Source: Lytechinus pictus
Lineage: Eukaryota
Direction of reading: 5' to 3'
Assembly (NCBI RefSeq): GCF_037042905.1
Contig: NC_087245.1
Location: 9,364,001 to 9,428,000, forward strand
DNA: 64,000 nucleotides
Numbering within the stretch: the stretch's first letter is position 1; every line of letters begins with the position of its first letter. This document shows, one piece after another, positions 14,225-29,462 of this stretch. Made by a program: the position numbers and the translations under genes. The notes below the pieces were generated by a model, which ran no database searches, had not been told where the DNA came from, and saw only the letters and a program-made list of their open reading frames with translations.

Positions 14225-15404
14225 CATACGTTTTTACCATGGACGTAACAATTCTCTGTTTCTCTTTTCAAGCAGCATTGAGTATATCTTCAGAAATGAG
14301 GCTTTTTCTTGTCATGTTTGTAGCGTCAACTGTGGAACGGAAGTTTTTCTACACTGAACAACTGGTGGAGATGGATGCCGTGTATTTTTATTTTAGAATA
14401 AGACGATTGGAACATGATTTTTTTTTAATGTGAGAAAGCAAAGCGTCAGAGCAGGAAATATATTGAAAATGCTGGCGGGTATACAGGCAGCTTTCTTGTC
14501 ATAATGGGCTGATGAAAGCAGAACGGAACGTGCACGTCTGATGGTATCTAGAGCGTTAAAAACGCGCCACTGGGCGAATGGGCATAAAAGTTTAACCGTC
14601 TGCACTGCGAAAGAAGAAAAGCCCGCGGAGAGGCAGATTCAAGAACAAGAACTCCTCTGTCCGATGACAAACTTGCCAGATGCAAATGAAATGAATTACC
14701 TCGATAAATTGGTTGGGAGACCCATATACAACCCCAGTCCACGCCTTGTGAAAAGAATAAAGATTGAGTGTCTTGTCTAGGAATAAATCGGAGAAAGAAG
14801 AGAGGAGCATTGGGGTGGGGTGAGATTATAAAGAAGAGAGACATGAACTGATTGTAATTTGGCGGGAAGTATCACCAGATTTCACAGCGATGGTCGTTTG
14901 GCCTGCGATGGAAATTAGACTTCTCGTTTGTGATATACATTAACAGACCAGGTGACGATTTATTAGTACAAGTTTTTGAAGGTCTTTCTACGACACATGG
15001 AATGTTGATTAAACATGTCTATTCACGAAAATTAAATTGTATATACATCATATTTGTATTATTACAAAATAGATGCTGACAGATTAAGCATATTAAGCCT
15101 TACGTATATAACATGTTGGATAATACAAGATTGCATTTCATTTAATTGTACTTAATTCAAATACATATCTCGTTCCTCATAGCACGATCTAAAAGCGACT
15201 AGGAATTGCATTTTTTATCATTTACAAAAAATATCGTTGTACCTTTACTTCAGGACCTGAGATGAAAACAACATTTAACATTAAAATAAATACTTTGAGA
15301 GACACGAATTTTCATATCTTGCTTATTTATTTACCGTTACATTTTTTTAATAATGTAAGATGATCAGCAAATTATCCTGATTATCTTAGTCTTCGTTGTG
15401 TGTC

Positions 15405-15570
15405 ATTGTTGTTGTTGTTGTTGCTGATGTTGTTGTTGTTGTGGTTGTATTTATTTCCTTTCATCATTATCATCATTTTAATCAAGTTCATTTATTTTTA
15501 CCAATATCAAAAATGGTCATTATTATTATAATCTTTATGACTATTATCGTCATTAACATAATCATTATCA

Positions 15571-15611
<41 letters not shown>

Positions 15612-15630
15612 GTTCTTGTTTTTATTATAA
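15405..15630. repeat. (GTT)n and (ATT)n microsatellites
   Basis: Directly visible. Confidence 0.9.
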
Positions 15631-18600
15631 TTGTGTAAAATTATCATTTATATGATCCTGATTACTCTTTTATCTATCTAAGCATTCTTGTTCAGATAAA
15701 ATCCATTCCCGTTTGCTCCAAACTTTTAAATGAATATTAAACTACTTACAGGTATCTACCAAATGGGTGAAAAAATGCTTGGAAAGGTTAAAAACACACG
15801 CTTACAAAATTTGAAAAGAAATATAAGCATAATAGAAAAGTCTTAAATCAAAATAAATTACTAAACTTTTATTTTCATGAAACGCAATTACCTGAATGTC
15901 ACCAAAAATATTTGTATCTTGAACCTTAGGTAACACTTTGGGGGATGTGATGATATTAGAAATCCGTCCTCTTGTTTCATGAGCTTGCACATTTTTCAAA
16001 AATATTTCTTAAAATCCAAATACCTTAAGTCCATTCATTTGGAGCGAACAGGGCAAGGTGAGTGCCTCGCAAAGAGAGAAAAATTAGTAGTTGGATGATT
16101 CGATTTTTCCCCCACTGGAAATTGCATTCTGTCCCTGAAACTCGATACATCCTCCATTGCAGACATAAAACATGTAGGTAAGATCCCCGAGGTAAAAGAG
16201 AAACTAACCGAAGTTGTTTTTTGTGGAAATATTTTAGAATTTATACAAGATAGAGTTTGTCTACTTGAATGTATTCAGCATTAATCATGAACCTATTTTT
16301 AAAATGGGCATTTATTGCCTGTACGTTATCCCATCATATCAAATAATGTGAATAACGTAATATACTACTTTGACCATAAAGGCTTGGCTTAATTTTTCCC
16401 GTTGTGATTTTATCACTAGCGACAAGAATGCATAATTCAAATGATTATTGAGCTCAAGATGTAACTTATTTTGTTTCAATTTCAACATCTGGTAAATGAG
16501 ATTATACAAGCCTTTTGGAGGTTCTCCTTTTTAGCAATTTATCATTAATGTTATCACATTATGAAATTAAAAACATAGTACATCTGTTTGTGATTCTATA
16601 TCTTATATGTTTGAACAATATTTGAATCAATGTAAATCAATTTGTATTGACGTTCTGTGAATATTGTTTTAATAAGATTTTAATGGGAATAGATGAAACT
16701 GATTTTGAGATTGATTTCTGAATCGTTTAGAACTAAGGTCCTACTATATTGCACCTTGTTTGTTGAATTAAAATAAAATAAGGTCAAAAAGACAACATCC
16801 TTTCAGCCCCCTAAAAATGTCTTTTTACCACTACCTCCAACAGAATCATGTTTATTAAAAGATCATACCTGATTACGGTTGAGTGATATTGAAGTAAAAC
16901 ACAGTGGATTTTTTTTCTATCATGATTGAATATTTCTTTTAAAAACCAAATCTTCTCATAAACATATTACATAGAAGCAGTAAAAAAAATTCACAGGATT
17001 TTGTTTTCACATACAAGATACTGACCTCCCCATTGTACAACTTGTCATCTGTCATGTAATTATATCATTCATTTTCAGTGGGAGTTTTCTCTTTGGATTA
17101 CTTTATTTACACCTCCGATAAAATCTTTAATATCACTCCAAAGCTATAGGTTTCGGGGAGTTAAAATACACCGAATTCGTCCGATAAAAGAATTGTGTAA
17201 ATTGGGTCCAAGGTTATGGTATCCGTAAATACCATTATGAGAGCCACAAAGCGAACAGGGCATTGACATGTCCCCCTTCCACTTGACTTCTATAATGGTA
17301 GGTATATGAAAAATCAACGATGAATAGTCCCGATAATTTCGATTGCTGTTGACGTAAATATTATAAATTCGCTAAAAAAACGGCATAAATAAATTATTAT
17401 GCCTGAAGTTTTACCAACAGACTACTGATCCCACATGCGTTTAAATCAGATGTACTCTCGATTAATTTTTCAAGTTTTAATTCATTCATATATTCTGCCG
17501 GAAAATATACAGATAATATAGATTAACTGATATCTTACATTGGGGAGAAAGTATAAACTTAAAATTTGGAATGATGACTAAATAAAGCATGGTAGCATCC
17601 GGAAGAACACCAAGAGTTTATTTTCAAATACATGTATGATGCAAATGTAATTCGATGCAGGCCCCTATTAGGTTTCTGATAAAAAAATCAACAAATTTAT
17701 TAAAAGCAGTGATTGATAGTGGATAAATGAAAGTACTAACTCGACAATTTACTAAGTGGATTATCATGCAATTTTTTAATTTTCTTTAAAGTGTATGTCT
17801 AGTTTAATAATATCTGATTAAAACCAATTTAGGTGCAGATTTTTGTAAAGATTCACTTTTTAATGGAATATTTGTTATTGTTTTACGTAAATGATTTAAC
17901 ATTAAATATATACGATTGTCATACGTTTCATCCCCGTCTCTCTTGCCAAGCTCCCTATTTCTACTAGAATATGCCATCCATCACATAAAGAGGGTTGCAT
18001 GTTTTAGCGGTGGTTCACCCGTTCTTAATTATGGTGGGGTGGTGAAGGGCTGGGAAATGAATTACTGTATACGGGGGTTTTACCCAAACATTGAATCCGT
18101 CCACGCCCAAAATGCTCACTTCAACTTGACACTTGTCTGTCAACACTTCTAATCATTTCGCGCTCATTTACTCGTTATAATAGCCCGTATAACGTTGAAC
18201 CAACTTCATACTGATCCCTCGCCACTCACAGGAGGGGGTGTATCGTCGTATTGGGGGTCGTCATACGCTATTAGAGTAAAATATTTATATTGTTACCCTA
18301 TCAAATAAATATATCAGAATCATATAAATATGCATCAGGACTTTATTTTATATGTTTTTCTCTATCACTTTATCAATGTTCTCACCACGTCAGCCATACT
18401 TATATGAAGTTAAATTTAAAGTTATTCACTCTTTCCCGAATCCCTCTTTCTTCCCTCTTTCTATCTATTCTGTAGTCACATCTATCTGCATAGGCAAATA
18501 GGCCTATCTATTCATCCATCTATATTTATATATCTTTGATGTGTTTGATATATCCACTGTTCGTTCTCATCCGTCTTTGCGCAAAGTCCCCCCCCCCCCT

Positions 18601-21190
18601 TCTGTTTCAATACTTTAAATTTCAAAACCATTCTGTCACCCCGACCCTCCCTGCAGTTGCCCCCTTTCACAATAATCATTTTCTCGCTCATAAGTATAAT
18701 CATAATAATTGCCAAGCCCCCGATCATGCCGATTGTAAATCACTCGCCAATATCCTGCCTTATTATACTGTGTCGAGGTTTAGCTAGACAAAACAGAGAA
18801 GAGGGGAGGACGTGAACTTGCTTGCTAGGTATATAGTCTGGGACGAGATCGGACGATGAACAAGCGAAAGGGGGAGGGAGAGAGGGCGGATGATCACAGG
18901 ACAGGAGGTTACTTGTTCAACTTGACCGAAGCAGCTGGTTTAGATATCAGACAAGGAGCGTAAAATCAGGCCGCAACGTCGGCTGAGTATTCCCCCGCAA
19001 AACAAAGCGAGAATTAGGCACGTGATTCAAGCTCTTTTTATTGCCCATGCATTTTTCTATTGACCAGGTTAGCGTAGGTAGATGACCCCAATTAATGTCT
19101 GTGTTTGAGTTGTTTTTTTAATTTGTAGTTTACTCCCACCTTTCGAGGTTTCTTTTAAATAGGGTATAAACCTAGTTCAGATTATGGGGAAGGCAAGTAA
19201 CAAACCAACGAAAGCGTTTTTCTATACAGTTTTTCTATTAAATCATGGTTGGGTCCATGGAGCACAGAAGGCACATGCCCCTACTGTAATTCTCCTTCAA
19301 AAATGTGGTTGTAGATGTTCAAATAATATCGAATCGTTTGGAATTGGTGGTAAAAATTAAAATATTTCTATTCACAAAGGAGAACTTTTCATTGTTATAG
19401 GATTATCCATGATAAATCCAATCATATTAATCACGTTTTAAATTTAATAGCTTTAGACACCATTATCATGAAGAACCACAGCCTTTGTTTACATACTAAA
19501 CGAAAATTCCATTCGCGGCATGAAATTGAGTTGCTTCATAATTATTACTGTTTTTATTATAGTATTTTTATTTACCATGTTTAATTCACAATGTCTAGAC
19601 TATCACGATTTCTGTTATTTTGACAAATTAAAAGTATAAAGGGACATTTCTAGTTCTGATGTTAGAAAACCTTTTTTTTTAATTCATAGATTAACTGAAT
19701 TTTATTCATAAATCTTTTCCAGATTATTTTACCCGATCGACCCTTTTCCAGATTTCAGATTTATGTTGACATGTTATTAACAAGTAAGAATCATTAATAC
19801 AGAATTTCAATTGTGTTTTATTCTCGCATATGGGCAACTAGATCTTGGCGATTTGTAAATTTAATTGGATTCTAGTTCGTTGAAGGTATGTATTCAAAAT
19901 AGTATTTAGGCTTAGTTCTTTAAAAATGTACAGTATGTTTTTTGCATATCTATTTTTAGGTATATTCTTACATCATTTATTTAAACAAAACATGAATACA
20001 TGCAATTCATCGTTGGGGGCCATGATAACGTTTGACGTCATTCCTAAAATGCGAGGACACTCCTCCATCATATTTATCATATTCTATAATCTATATTTTA
20101 AAAAAGATGAATTGAATTTGTTTAAAATAAGAATGTTGCTAATTTTGAACACTTGTCAGGAATAGCAAAAGCAAACCAGCAAAGATTTGATATCCGTTAT
20201 AAGATTGTGATCTGAATATAGATAAAGATTAAGGCGTATAGCCACGCGGGGAATTGGGGGTTTCCTCTCCTATAGTAGGGTCTTTTTGTGCAAACCCTTT
20301 ATGTTTCTTAATATAGCCCCTCACTTTCTTATTCAATACTTCAATTTCGTTATGCATGCATTTTACAGTGTGAAATAAAATGAATCCAATTAAAGAGTGC
20401 GTATCACAGTGTATATAAAAGGGAATTCTTCAAAAGATTTCAATTCCATCCCTAGAGTTTTGCTTAAAAATTTACATCGATTTCTATCCCGTACAATGAT
20501 AGAAAAGCATGTAATCGTCATAATTGATGACACAAAATTGACATATCCCTTGCTTTCAACACCACTTGGTCCAAACTTCCCCTCGAAGATGCATTCGGAC
20601 AAAGTCTTCAATCGGAAATGTACCAGGAAATGTAATATAGGTTTGTCTGGAGGAGCGGGTTAACGGCCACGACCGATTCCCCTTTACTCCCCTCTCGTGA
20701 ATGAAGGGAGGGGGAGGAGTTGGTTCGCCTCAACCAATCACATAACAACGGGAAGAATATACTCTGCTTAGACGATTTTAATCACCCTTGTACTGTATAA
20801 GTATAATTATAAAATAACTGAAAAATACATTTTCTTTATAAACGAGCAAAAAGCTCAAACGTTAATCAATTACTGTCATCCTATTATTAGTTATAATCTG
20901 CACCACAATGACCACTGCGGGCGGGTCAAATTTTGAAATTTTGAAATAAGCTGAAATAACTTTTTACCGCCTTCTATCTGACTGATTTTTTTTTCATTTA
21001 TTTTTTTCATCTTTACCAATAAATTTTCCTGTTCTTTGGGTGTATTTGGTCAATGCATAATATAAAAATTAGATATATATTAATAACAATTCCATATTTT
21101 CATTGACGGTTTCCTTGAGAGTCTCTTTTCATGATAAAGGTTTGTCATCTTTCTCAATATTGAAAATATTAACCATATATTTTCTCGTCC

Positions 21191-21840
21191 TTAACCCTGA
21201 AAGGAGGGGGCCATGATGCCCCCCCCCCCTCCCTCAACGCTTCGCGCCATATTTCCAAAACGCTAAAAGGTAACGCCACATGACTTTTTACGAGACAATG
21301 TCAAACCGAAAATGGCTCATTTTTATACTTTGTGTACCAAGTCTATGGGAGATGAACTCATAAGAGGATGATTATTTTTCGTTTTAATTAGTCTGCTTAA
21401 ATGATTTAGGGTTTAATTTATTTGTTAATTTGTCTGTAAAAATTTCCATTGAAAAAAAAAAGAAAAACAAGGAAATACATAAGATGTGGTAGAAAAAAGA
21501 AATACATTGGGAAAAATTTGGCTTTCTCAATTTTTCTTTAAGAAAATCTTTAAATTAGATTACAAAGATTACATCTGGAAAAAAGGGAATTTTGAAGTGA
21601 AATTGGACGTTGAATATGCAAATTGTGTTTTTTACGAATAAATTTGTATATGTTATTCATAATAATTAAAAATAATAATTTTCAGAATTGTCTTTATACT
21701 GGCTTGCAGTTTATGTGGAAACGAATGTGCGTGCCAAATTTCGGCACGATCGCGGGAACGGCGGCCGAGATGAGAAGGGACCATCATGCCCCCCCCCCCT
21801 GCGTCCTTAATACATCTTAAATAGCCCAGTTCTCTTAGGC
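21191..21840. mobile_element. Probable degenerate TTAA-site (piggyBac-like) non-autonomous DNA transposon
   Basis: Left end TTAA|CCCT. A subterminal motif GGG(G/A)CCAT(G/C)ATG-poly(C) occurs near both ends (~21207 and ~21777). The right end is degenerate. Confidence 0.4.
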
Positions 21841-24120
21841 TAGTTTTGATTGTTTTATCGTATACTTGGAATTAACAATGTTTGTATGCTTGTTGTATTT
21901 GTAGAACTTATATATTTCTTAAGTAAGAACCACATGACCATTAGATTTGGCGACTCTTAAAAAAATTGGTTTTGAAATGAATGAGTATAGAAAATAATGG
22001 TTGGCGTATGTTTCAAAATCTTTCACTCACTCAATCAGTTAATCTAGGTTTCCTTCTTTTTTTCAATTGTATGTCTACAATTAATTTCTTGAAGGGAATA
22101 AAATAAAAGTCCAATAAGATTGCCATGGCATTTGACGTTTGTTATACACTTGGGATCATCAGTCAAAATAGTCGGAGTACGACCAATCACTTACAAAAGT
22201 ATTTTTTTTAAAAAATTGTATCATGGATTTTCTTTTACTTTTACAATGTATTATCATATTCGACTTAAAACTCATTCAATGATGCTTTATTCATTTCCTC
22301 AACAACTAAATGAGAATGATATTCACTAAAAAATATAGATCCAGTTAACAACGTTTCCATATTTGTCACTATTGTGGAAAATCACAGTTTAACCTAATTT
22401 GTAACCAAAAAAGTTCAAACGTGAACTAGGGTCTAATAAGAAGGCCGGATGAAAAGACAAAGGATTACTAATTGGTACGGATGTGGTATTGCCACTGGCA
22501 TAAAAACCTGTCCCTTGTTTTAAATACCAAGCCGATGTTTGTAACCCTGCCCTGGGGTATGGACATTCACCCCTGTTATGCCTCCAGGCTGGTTAGAGGG
22601 GTGAATCTGTACCCCTCTCTTGATCTCCAAAGTTTCTGTATCTCATCTTTCACATTCAAGATTTTAAAATGTATCGATACTTCGAGAGAGGGATGATAGA
22701 ACTGGTAAATAAGCCAATAGATGGATGGGAAGGGGATATAGTAATACCTATTTTTAGTGAAAATCTCCCAAATTGTGATACCTATATTCCCCAGCAGCAT
22801 GTTTCTTTCAACCTTCTCGTATACCTTTTGGTTTATGGTTCAAATATAGTTCCGTTAATATGTTTCAAAGATAAGATAACTGTTTTTTATTAACTATGTA
22901 ATAAATCAGAATACTCAATTTTGAAATATTAACACTTCACCGTTATCAAAATTTTGAAGGTTTTACGAGATTACGTAATATCAATTCTGTCAAGTTCGGA
23001 TAATAACCAAATAATAACTATTTTTACAGCTATTCCAGCATTAATTGAATATTATTTTGATAAATGCTCAGCGCATCTTTAAGCAATGAACCTAACGTGA
23101 ATTAAAAATATGTTTTGATTTATATATTAGTCTTGTTGACAAAATTGGACCTTTTTATTAATTTTTAAACCGTTGATTTTTATTTTGGTTTATACTCAAT
23201 CTAAAAGTGATTTTTTTAATGATCAATTTTGAAAAACAAGTAGATCACGATAGATACATTAACCGCGAATGGCCTCACAAAATACACACTTTGGAAAGTA
23301 AAGATAATTGACATAATTTTTCATTCCGAAATACATTTCGGATTTTCCGTAACGAGTGACTCAACATATTCACCTTTCCTACAGCGAACCCCCCCCCCCC
23401 TTCAACCCCTCTTTATTCAGAATGAGAGAAACCTCCAGACCTTCAGAAAGTATGACGTCACGGCAGGAAACGTAGAAATACAGATAATTGCACCAAATCG
23501 TTCTCTTTAAATGCTAAACCGATGTGAATATGAGTATAATGCCTGGCCCGAGGCAATTGCTAGGGTGATTTGGCCCCATTAAACCTGATTTAATATAACT
23601 CCAAAATCAAGACTTCGTGCTTATTGGGAAAAGTTAAATACTATCACTCTTCTCATCTGTCAATACTTCAAACTCAATCGAAATAATTTTGATTGTTTCC
23701 GTTCTTATCTCTGTGGATGAATTTATTTCCTTTGTTGTCAAGCAATGTCTGCGTCTTCAATTCATCGAACGTCTCATCAATTTTTTTCTCGCTGTTGTTT
23801 TTAAATCAGTATTACCTGTTTGATATTTCCTTGCGTGTACACCCACCTACTGTTTAATTTCACTGATTTGCAAAAAGGTTATCTGGTGATTGGTCTAGGT
23901 AAGAAAATGTTTAATTAAGATAATTGTAAGAGTAAATTTAATTTGAATTGTATTAAATTTCTCTTTAATTCTGCTTCTCCTGCTCAACATGGATCAAATT
24001 TTATATATAAAGCTGAATAGCCCGTTGTTTATTATCATTTGATAAGATAAGATGAAGTAATCAATATTCAAACCGCTGTTAACACCCACCCTTCCTTTAA
24101 ATCTACCCATCCTATCCTCA

Positions 24121-24210
24121 TCCTCCCCCCCCTCTTTCTCTCTCTCTCTTTCTCCCTCTCCCCATCCCCTCTCTGACTATCCCCCCCCCTCTCTCTCTCT
24201 CTCTCTCTTA
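24121..24210. repeat. poly-C/(CT)n polypyrimidine tract
   Basis: Directly visible. Confidence 0.85.
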
Positions 24211-24658
24211 TGATCTTTCTTTTTCTACGAACATACACAATTTGGATGCCAATTTAAGCGGAAGTACATTTATAAATGGCATGTGTTACAGTGATAGATT
24301 GATGTAAAGGTGCGTCCCCCTATAACGCCTCACCTACCACTCCAATGCTATCATTTTCATCTCTGAAATCAAACGTGCTCTAATTAAATTGTCTGACGTT
24401 GATTATTATGTCTCATGATTAGCCTATATATCTGCCATGATTAGGCAAAAAGAAGCCCAGCGATTGTACCTCTTGTTAATTTGATTTGCCCCGATCCCAC
24501 ACGGTGAATCGAGCGTCAAGTTCATATTATTTGCACCTGTGCTGTTGGAATTGATTTAACATTTCATCACTGTGCCTTTTAGATTGACACACTCCATTCC
24601 CGCTATTGAACAGCCGAGGTTCCAAACTGAAAATAAATCTAGAAGTTGTGAGTTCTGT

Positions 24659-24710
24659 GGCGGAGCGGAGCCAATCAATGGGCAGGAAACTTGTCGGTCA
24701 CGTGATGTCA
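24659..24710 (+). promoter_or_regulatory. Dense promoter/enhancer-like motif cluster
   Basis: GGCGGAG, AGCCAATCA (CCAAT box), CAGGAAAC (ETS-like), GTCACGTGA (E-box) and TGATGTCA (CRE-like) within 52 bp. Confidence 0.4.
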
Positions 24711-25055
24711 AATGATGTCGCCATCACCGTACGCCAAATTCAAAGATCTTGATATGCAGCTTGGGATTGAGTCCAAAAAAAGCCATGCTTGAACCTTGAT
24801 TATCATGTAGCTGGGGATATTTTCTCAAGATTACAAAAATAACATCCTTTTGCTATATATCCAACATTGATATATTTTGGTGGCACCTTAGAATCACAGT
24901 ATTAAGCTTTAGCAATTTACCGGGCATGGTGACTCAGTTGTATACTGTCCACTTCACGGACTTGGTGCAAACTCAGGCCGAGTCATGTCAAATCATTTTT
25001 AAATGGAGCCTCGTGTATTTTCGGCAGGAACTCGGCGAATAAAAAAGAGAGAATA

Positions 25056-25295
25056 CACTTTAAAATGAAATGCTAAATTGAGCACTTCGGATTACTGTTT
25101 CTTAGCACTGTTTCTTAGCACTTTGGACAAGTTGGGTGCTAAAATTAGCACGTGACGTGCTACATTAATCACCCAAGGTGCTGTTTTCAGCACCCTTGGT
25201 GATGGAAATCAACACCTTAGTGTTGATAATCAGCACTTGAAGTGCAGGAATGATACAAGATCCAAAGGATGTTAATTTAGCACTTTTTCAGAGTG
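25056..25295. mobile_element. TA-flanked MITE (CACT...AGTG termini)
   Basis: TA|CACTTTAAAA...TGCTAAATT at left and AATTTAGCACTTTTTCAGAGTG|TA at right. The interior is built from repeated GTGCT/AGCAC mini-palindromes. Confidence 0.6.
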
Positions 25296-26699
25296 TAATA
25301 TTTACAATTATTGTGCAGCTTACATAATATATAGATTGGCTATATACCCCCTGGCGAATAAGGAGCAGTGTTACTGACAATGTTAGTAAGTTTTTTTTGT
25401 TTAAAAAAATAAATAAATAAAGGGATACAAAGAGTAATACCTAAACATTTCATTAACAAATTGGAAATATAATTAATCTGCATGTACTTTTATTTTACAT
25501 TATGAATGATTATTATATAAGGTGTGATTGAGATTGGATGAAATTGCAATTTGTATGATTTAGGTGGAATGTTTTGTGGGAGTCTATTATTTTTTAAATC
25601 GATACAAAATGAACAAGTGTAGGTGGAACTGAATATAATTATTTCGTTGTGGTTCCCATGAGCCTCAATTCATTGAATGTTATTGGGATTTGATTCAAAC
25701 ATACTCAAGATCTGAAAAAGCAAAAATAATATAGTAATTGCCATTGATTATTTGAATATAGATAATCATATTGATATATAATCTTATTTATGAATGTATG
25801 AATTAATGTTTACGAAAAATGGAATGGAATGGAAGAAGATAAAAGTTTATTTGAATTGAATTGAATTGAATAATCTTATCTAAAGGCTGCTATATCAAAA
25901 CGATATCATATTAATCGTTAAGGGGCGAAGGGATCTAGAAAATACTTTTTTAGGGTAAATTTAGAAGACTAAAAATATAGTTATGCGGAAATCAACCGAT
26001 ATTTGTACCAGTTGAGATAACCACAAAATCCCATACTTCATTATGTGTCTTTTAATATTGATTACGGTATACAGATACACATTTTTTATTAGAATTTAAT
26101 CTACCTGAGCCTTTCATCTAAAAAGCACCTGTGTTTATGCATTAAAAAGTAGAAAATGTCCCCGTTATGAATTGATACATCAAAGTGGACATGTCAATCT
26201 AAATGACAAGCCTATTAGCCGTACAGTTAATAAAGTATAAACTCGCTTAGACTATGAATCTTTAAATTAGGACATGAACTAGTTCAGCATCAATCGTGAT
26301 ACCTTATTTATTCTGCTGCAACACCTATAACGAGCTTGTTGGAAGCTGTTTATTTAATCTTCATCATTAGATGGCATTTCCAAACTGGAATAGACCAACC
26401 TTTGATGCAGGCGGTGGTACAGAAGATGACAGTGAAAGCGCCATCTAAAGGCAAGCTTTATTAATTCTTCAGGACAGCCACTTTTTCATCCAGAAAATGT
26501 TATGCTTTTCAAAGAAAAGATTCATATGGCAATAAGTAGATTACTCAAAAACAATAGGAACAAGGAGAAGAACAACAACAACAATAAGAAGAATATGGAG
26601 AAGGAGAAAAGTACAGTAAAAGGAAAACGAAAAACAAGAAGTAATGAAAGCAATGGGGTAGGAGGAGAAAAGGAAAAAAAGAGGACGAATGAGAAGAGG

Positions 26700-26925
26700 T
26701 GAACAGGAAGAACAAGAAGAAAGAAGAAAAATAAAAGATAACAAAGGGAAGAAGAAAGAAAGAAAGAAATAAAGAAAAAAGAAAGAAAGAAAGAAAGAAA
26801 GAAAGGAAGGAAGGAAGGAAGGAAGGAAGGAAGGAAGAAAGAAAGAAAGAAAGAAAGAAAGAGGGTGAGAGAGAGAGAAAAAAAAGAAAGAAAGAAAGAA
26901 AGAGAGAGAGGGGGAGAGAGAGAAA
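26700..26925. repeat. (GAAA)n/(GGAA)n/(GA)n polypurine microsatellite
   Basis: Directly visible. Confidence 0.95.
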
Positions 26926-29267
26926 ATAGACCGTGAAGTGAAGAAGAGGAGCAGGGGGTGAAAATGGGTGATAAAGAACGTGTGATAGGAGTGGGGTAAT
27001 ACATGACACACACCCAAACTAAGATGGGTTCCAAAAAAAGCCCAAGTTGCAACCCCTAACCGGTAATTTACACACCTTTTGAATTTACACCTTTTTAACA
27101 AAACCAGAAATTTAATATTTGACGCTATTTAGACATCTTCTGACAACTGTCGTTCGTTGACAGTTTGAATGTGTCTAGATCTGATAAGACTCTTTCCTGG
27201 CCATCCTCGTAGCTTGCTGTATAAAATTATGAGCCAGGCCAAACAATTATAGAATTTACACTGGTAAAAAAACGGCATCGACAATATATATTATATTTCT
27301 TTCTCTCTCACTTACTCTTTGAACCATTATCAGGTCTGATGCTAATATTAAAATGTATAAATGAATTACATAAGCCGTATTTGGGGGTTCTTTTCTCTCA
27401 TTTAAATCAATCTTGAGGAAAATAAATGCAATGTAGTGAAAATTCGTCTGAAAAATTAAAGTACTATGAAAAAACACCTTAGAAAATGGAATGAGAGACG
27501 AAAAAAGACCTAGAAATAAAAAGAATTAATAAGCACTCAAAATTTATTGCAATTCGTTGGAGCAAGGTATTAAGGTATACAACGCAATAGTTCTGTTGTT
27601 CCGAAATGTATATCAATAGACAGACTTTCATCTGCATAACTAATGAATACTATGTGGTATGAAGATGAATGGTGAATACAGAAATATGATTCAGATATGT
27701 TAAGATGTAAAGATAATACATTTTTTAATAATGTTTTATGCGTTGATGAATTAAAAGAAAGGAACAAAAAATATGCAGATATGAAGTCAGGGGCCGGAGC
27801 TGATAAATCAACTGATGGTTATCAATATCAGATTCTTGGTCAATGACCAACCCTAATCCTCACATACCATTCAAATAAAAAGTGAGCCCCTCACGAAGGT
27901 AGCTCCACTATAATCCACCACCTTTACACCTCTGTCAAGACCAATTTGTTTTCGACTCAGTATATCCATCATGATGGTATATTTCTGATTAACAACGAGT
28001 CGTAGAGAACCCCCAGTCCGTAATTCAATTGAATCATTTGCTTCAGAAAATGAATACACGTCCGTTATAGTTCTACAATTACGCATGCACAAATTTACGT
28101 TTTTGTCCCCCAAACTGTCGATTGGACAACGCCAAAAATAGACCGTGTATGAGGCAAGAAAGAAAGAAAAAAACTCTTATTCATCGATGAGTTATAATTG
28201 TTTGATGAATAGTATTTATATCGTCCTTCTTTCTATTGAATGTTTTGTAGAAAAGTGATGGTTTGTGTAAGAAAGCGAGTGAAAGATTCGGAAAGGAAAA
28301 TGTCGTTTCCTTCATTTGAGCTTATTTCCTGCAGGAGTAGGGTTTGGTGCAGGGGTCGAGGCCGGACAACCGGGGAAGATGGAGGGAAAGGTAAGGTGTA
28401 AGGAACAGCGAGAAAAATGACTTCTAGTCAAGGGCGCTTTGCCTTATAAGAATGAGATGGTGTAAAAATTGATTTTATTTTTTTTTTTAGATACAGACAA
28501 ACAGTTACATTTCGTTTTTCACAAACAATCGCTAGAATTCAAACCCCTTTTTGAAAAATTATGCTATCTATCATAAATAAATGTGACTTCTATATATCAA
28601 ATTAAAATTTTGAAATTGTATTTCATTTGTTACTAATCTAACAGTTATCCATAAATTCATTTTATTTTAATAAAGATTCATCAGGTTTTTTAAATTTTCA
28701 AAACATTTGATCCTATCCTATTTTCACTAAATTCATTTAAAATCTTAATCATGACGTAAGAATACTATTGTAATATTCATGATAATTAAAACAATTAACT
28801 AGCGCTAAATATTGAATATATCAGAAAGATGTCTCTAAGCTCTTTGAAGTTATTTGTTTCAGGCTTGTCCACACACAATGAATGCAAATCTTCCCGCCCA
28901 GTAAGAATCCAGTCAATTAGCATGATTAGCAGTCATGTCAATCATAGCTCATAGCTGTATAAGTATGTTAGAAATATAAGAGAATGTGTTGGTATAGGGA
29001 CATTTATTTACATTTTAAAAATCCCAATTCATCCCAACAACAAGTTAATTCAAATAAATATAGAAAATTCATAACACTGGAAATTTTCAACCAAATCGGA
29101 TGTAAAAGGTTAAAGTTAAGACATTTTGAAATTTCGCTTTTTTTTCACAGAATGCTTACACATATCCTAGCATAATATATTTTCTATTATATGTAATAAT
29201 TCAATAGCTTCAGCTGTGATAAATATGTTTTTACTTATTCAAAATAAACTGATGATGATGACCTATA

Positions 29268-29462
29268 CACTGTAAAGAAAATTTTGGGTAAAATTTTTCC
29301 TAGCACGATGGTAATATGTGACCAACCAATTTTGGGCAATATTTTACCCAATATTGTCCAGTAAGGTTTAAAAATGAGCAGAATTACTTTAGAATTGGTA
29401 AAATTTTCATTACACTGGATAAATAAAAATGTCCAATGTTGGTTGGAGCGTTTTACCCAATC
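29268..29462. mobile_element. Partial MITE-like remnant (TA|CACTGTAAA left end)
   Basis: Similar terminus to the 25056 and 34797 elements. Internal inverted motifs TTGGGTAAAA/TTTTACCCAA and CCAACCAA/TTGGTTGG. No right terminus seen. Confidence 0.4.

Noticed and set aside
14541..14780. 79-aa ORF with normal-looking composition
   Set aside because: No recognisable motif and no supporting exon structure; better explained as a GC-richer non-coding block.
25440..25870. Possible LINE 3' end with (TTGAA)n tail
   Set aside because: Only the short tail supports it; no coding remnant was recognised.
26502..27101. Long F/L/S- or K/E/R-rich ORFs (also 42804-43351)
   Set aside because: They are translations of (GAAA)n/(GGAA)n microsatellites.
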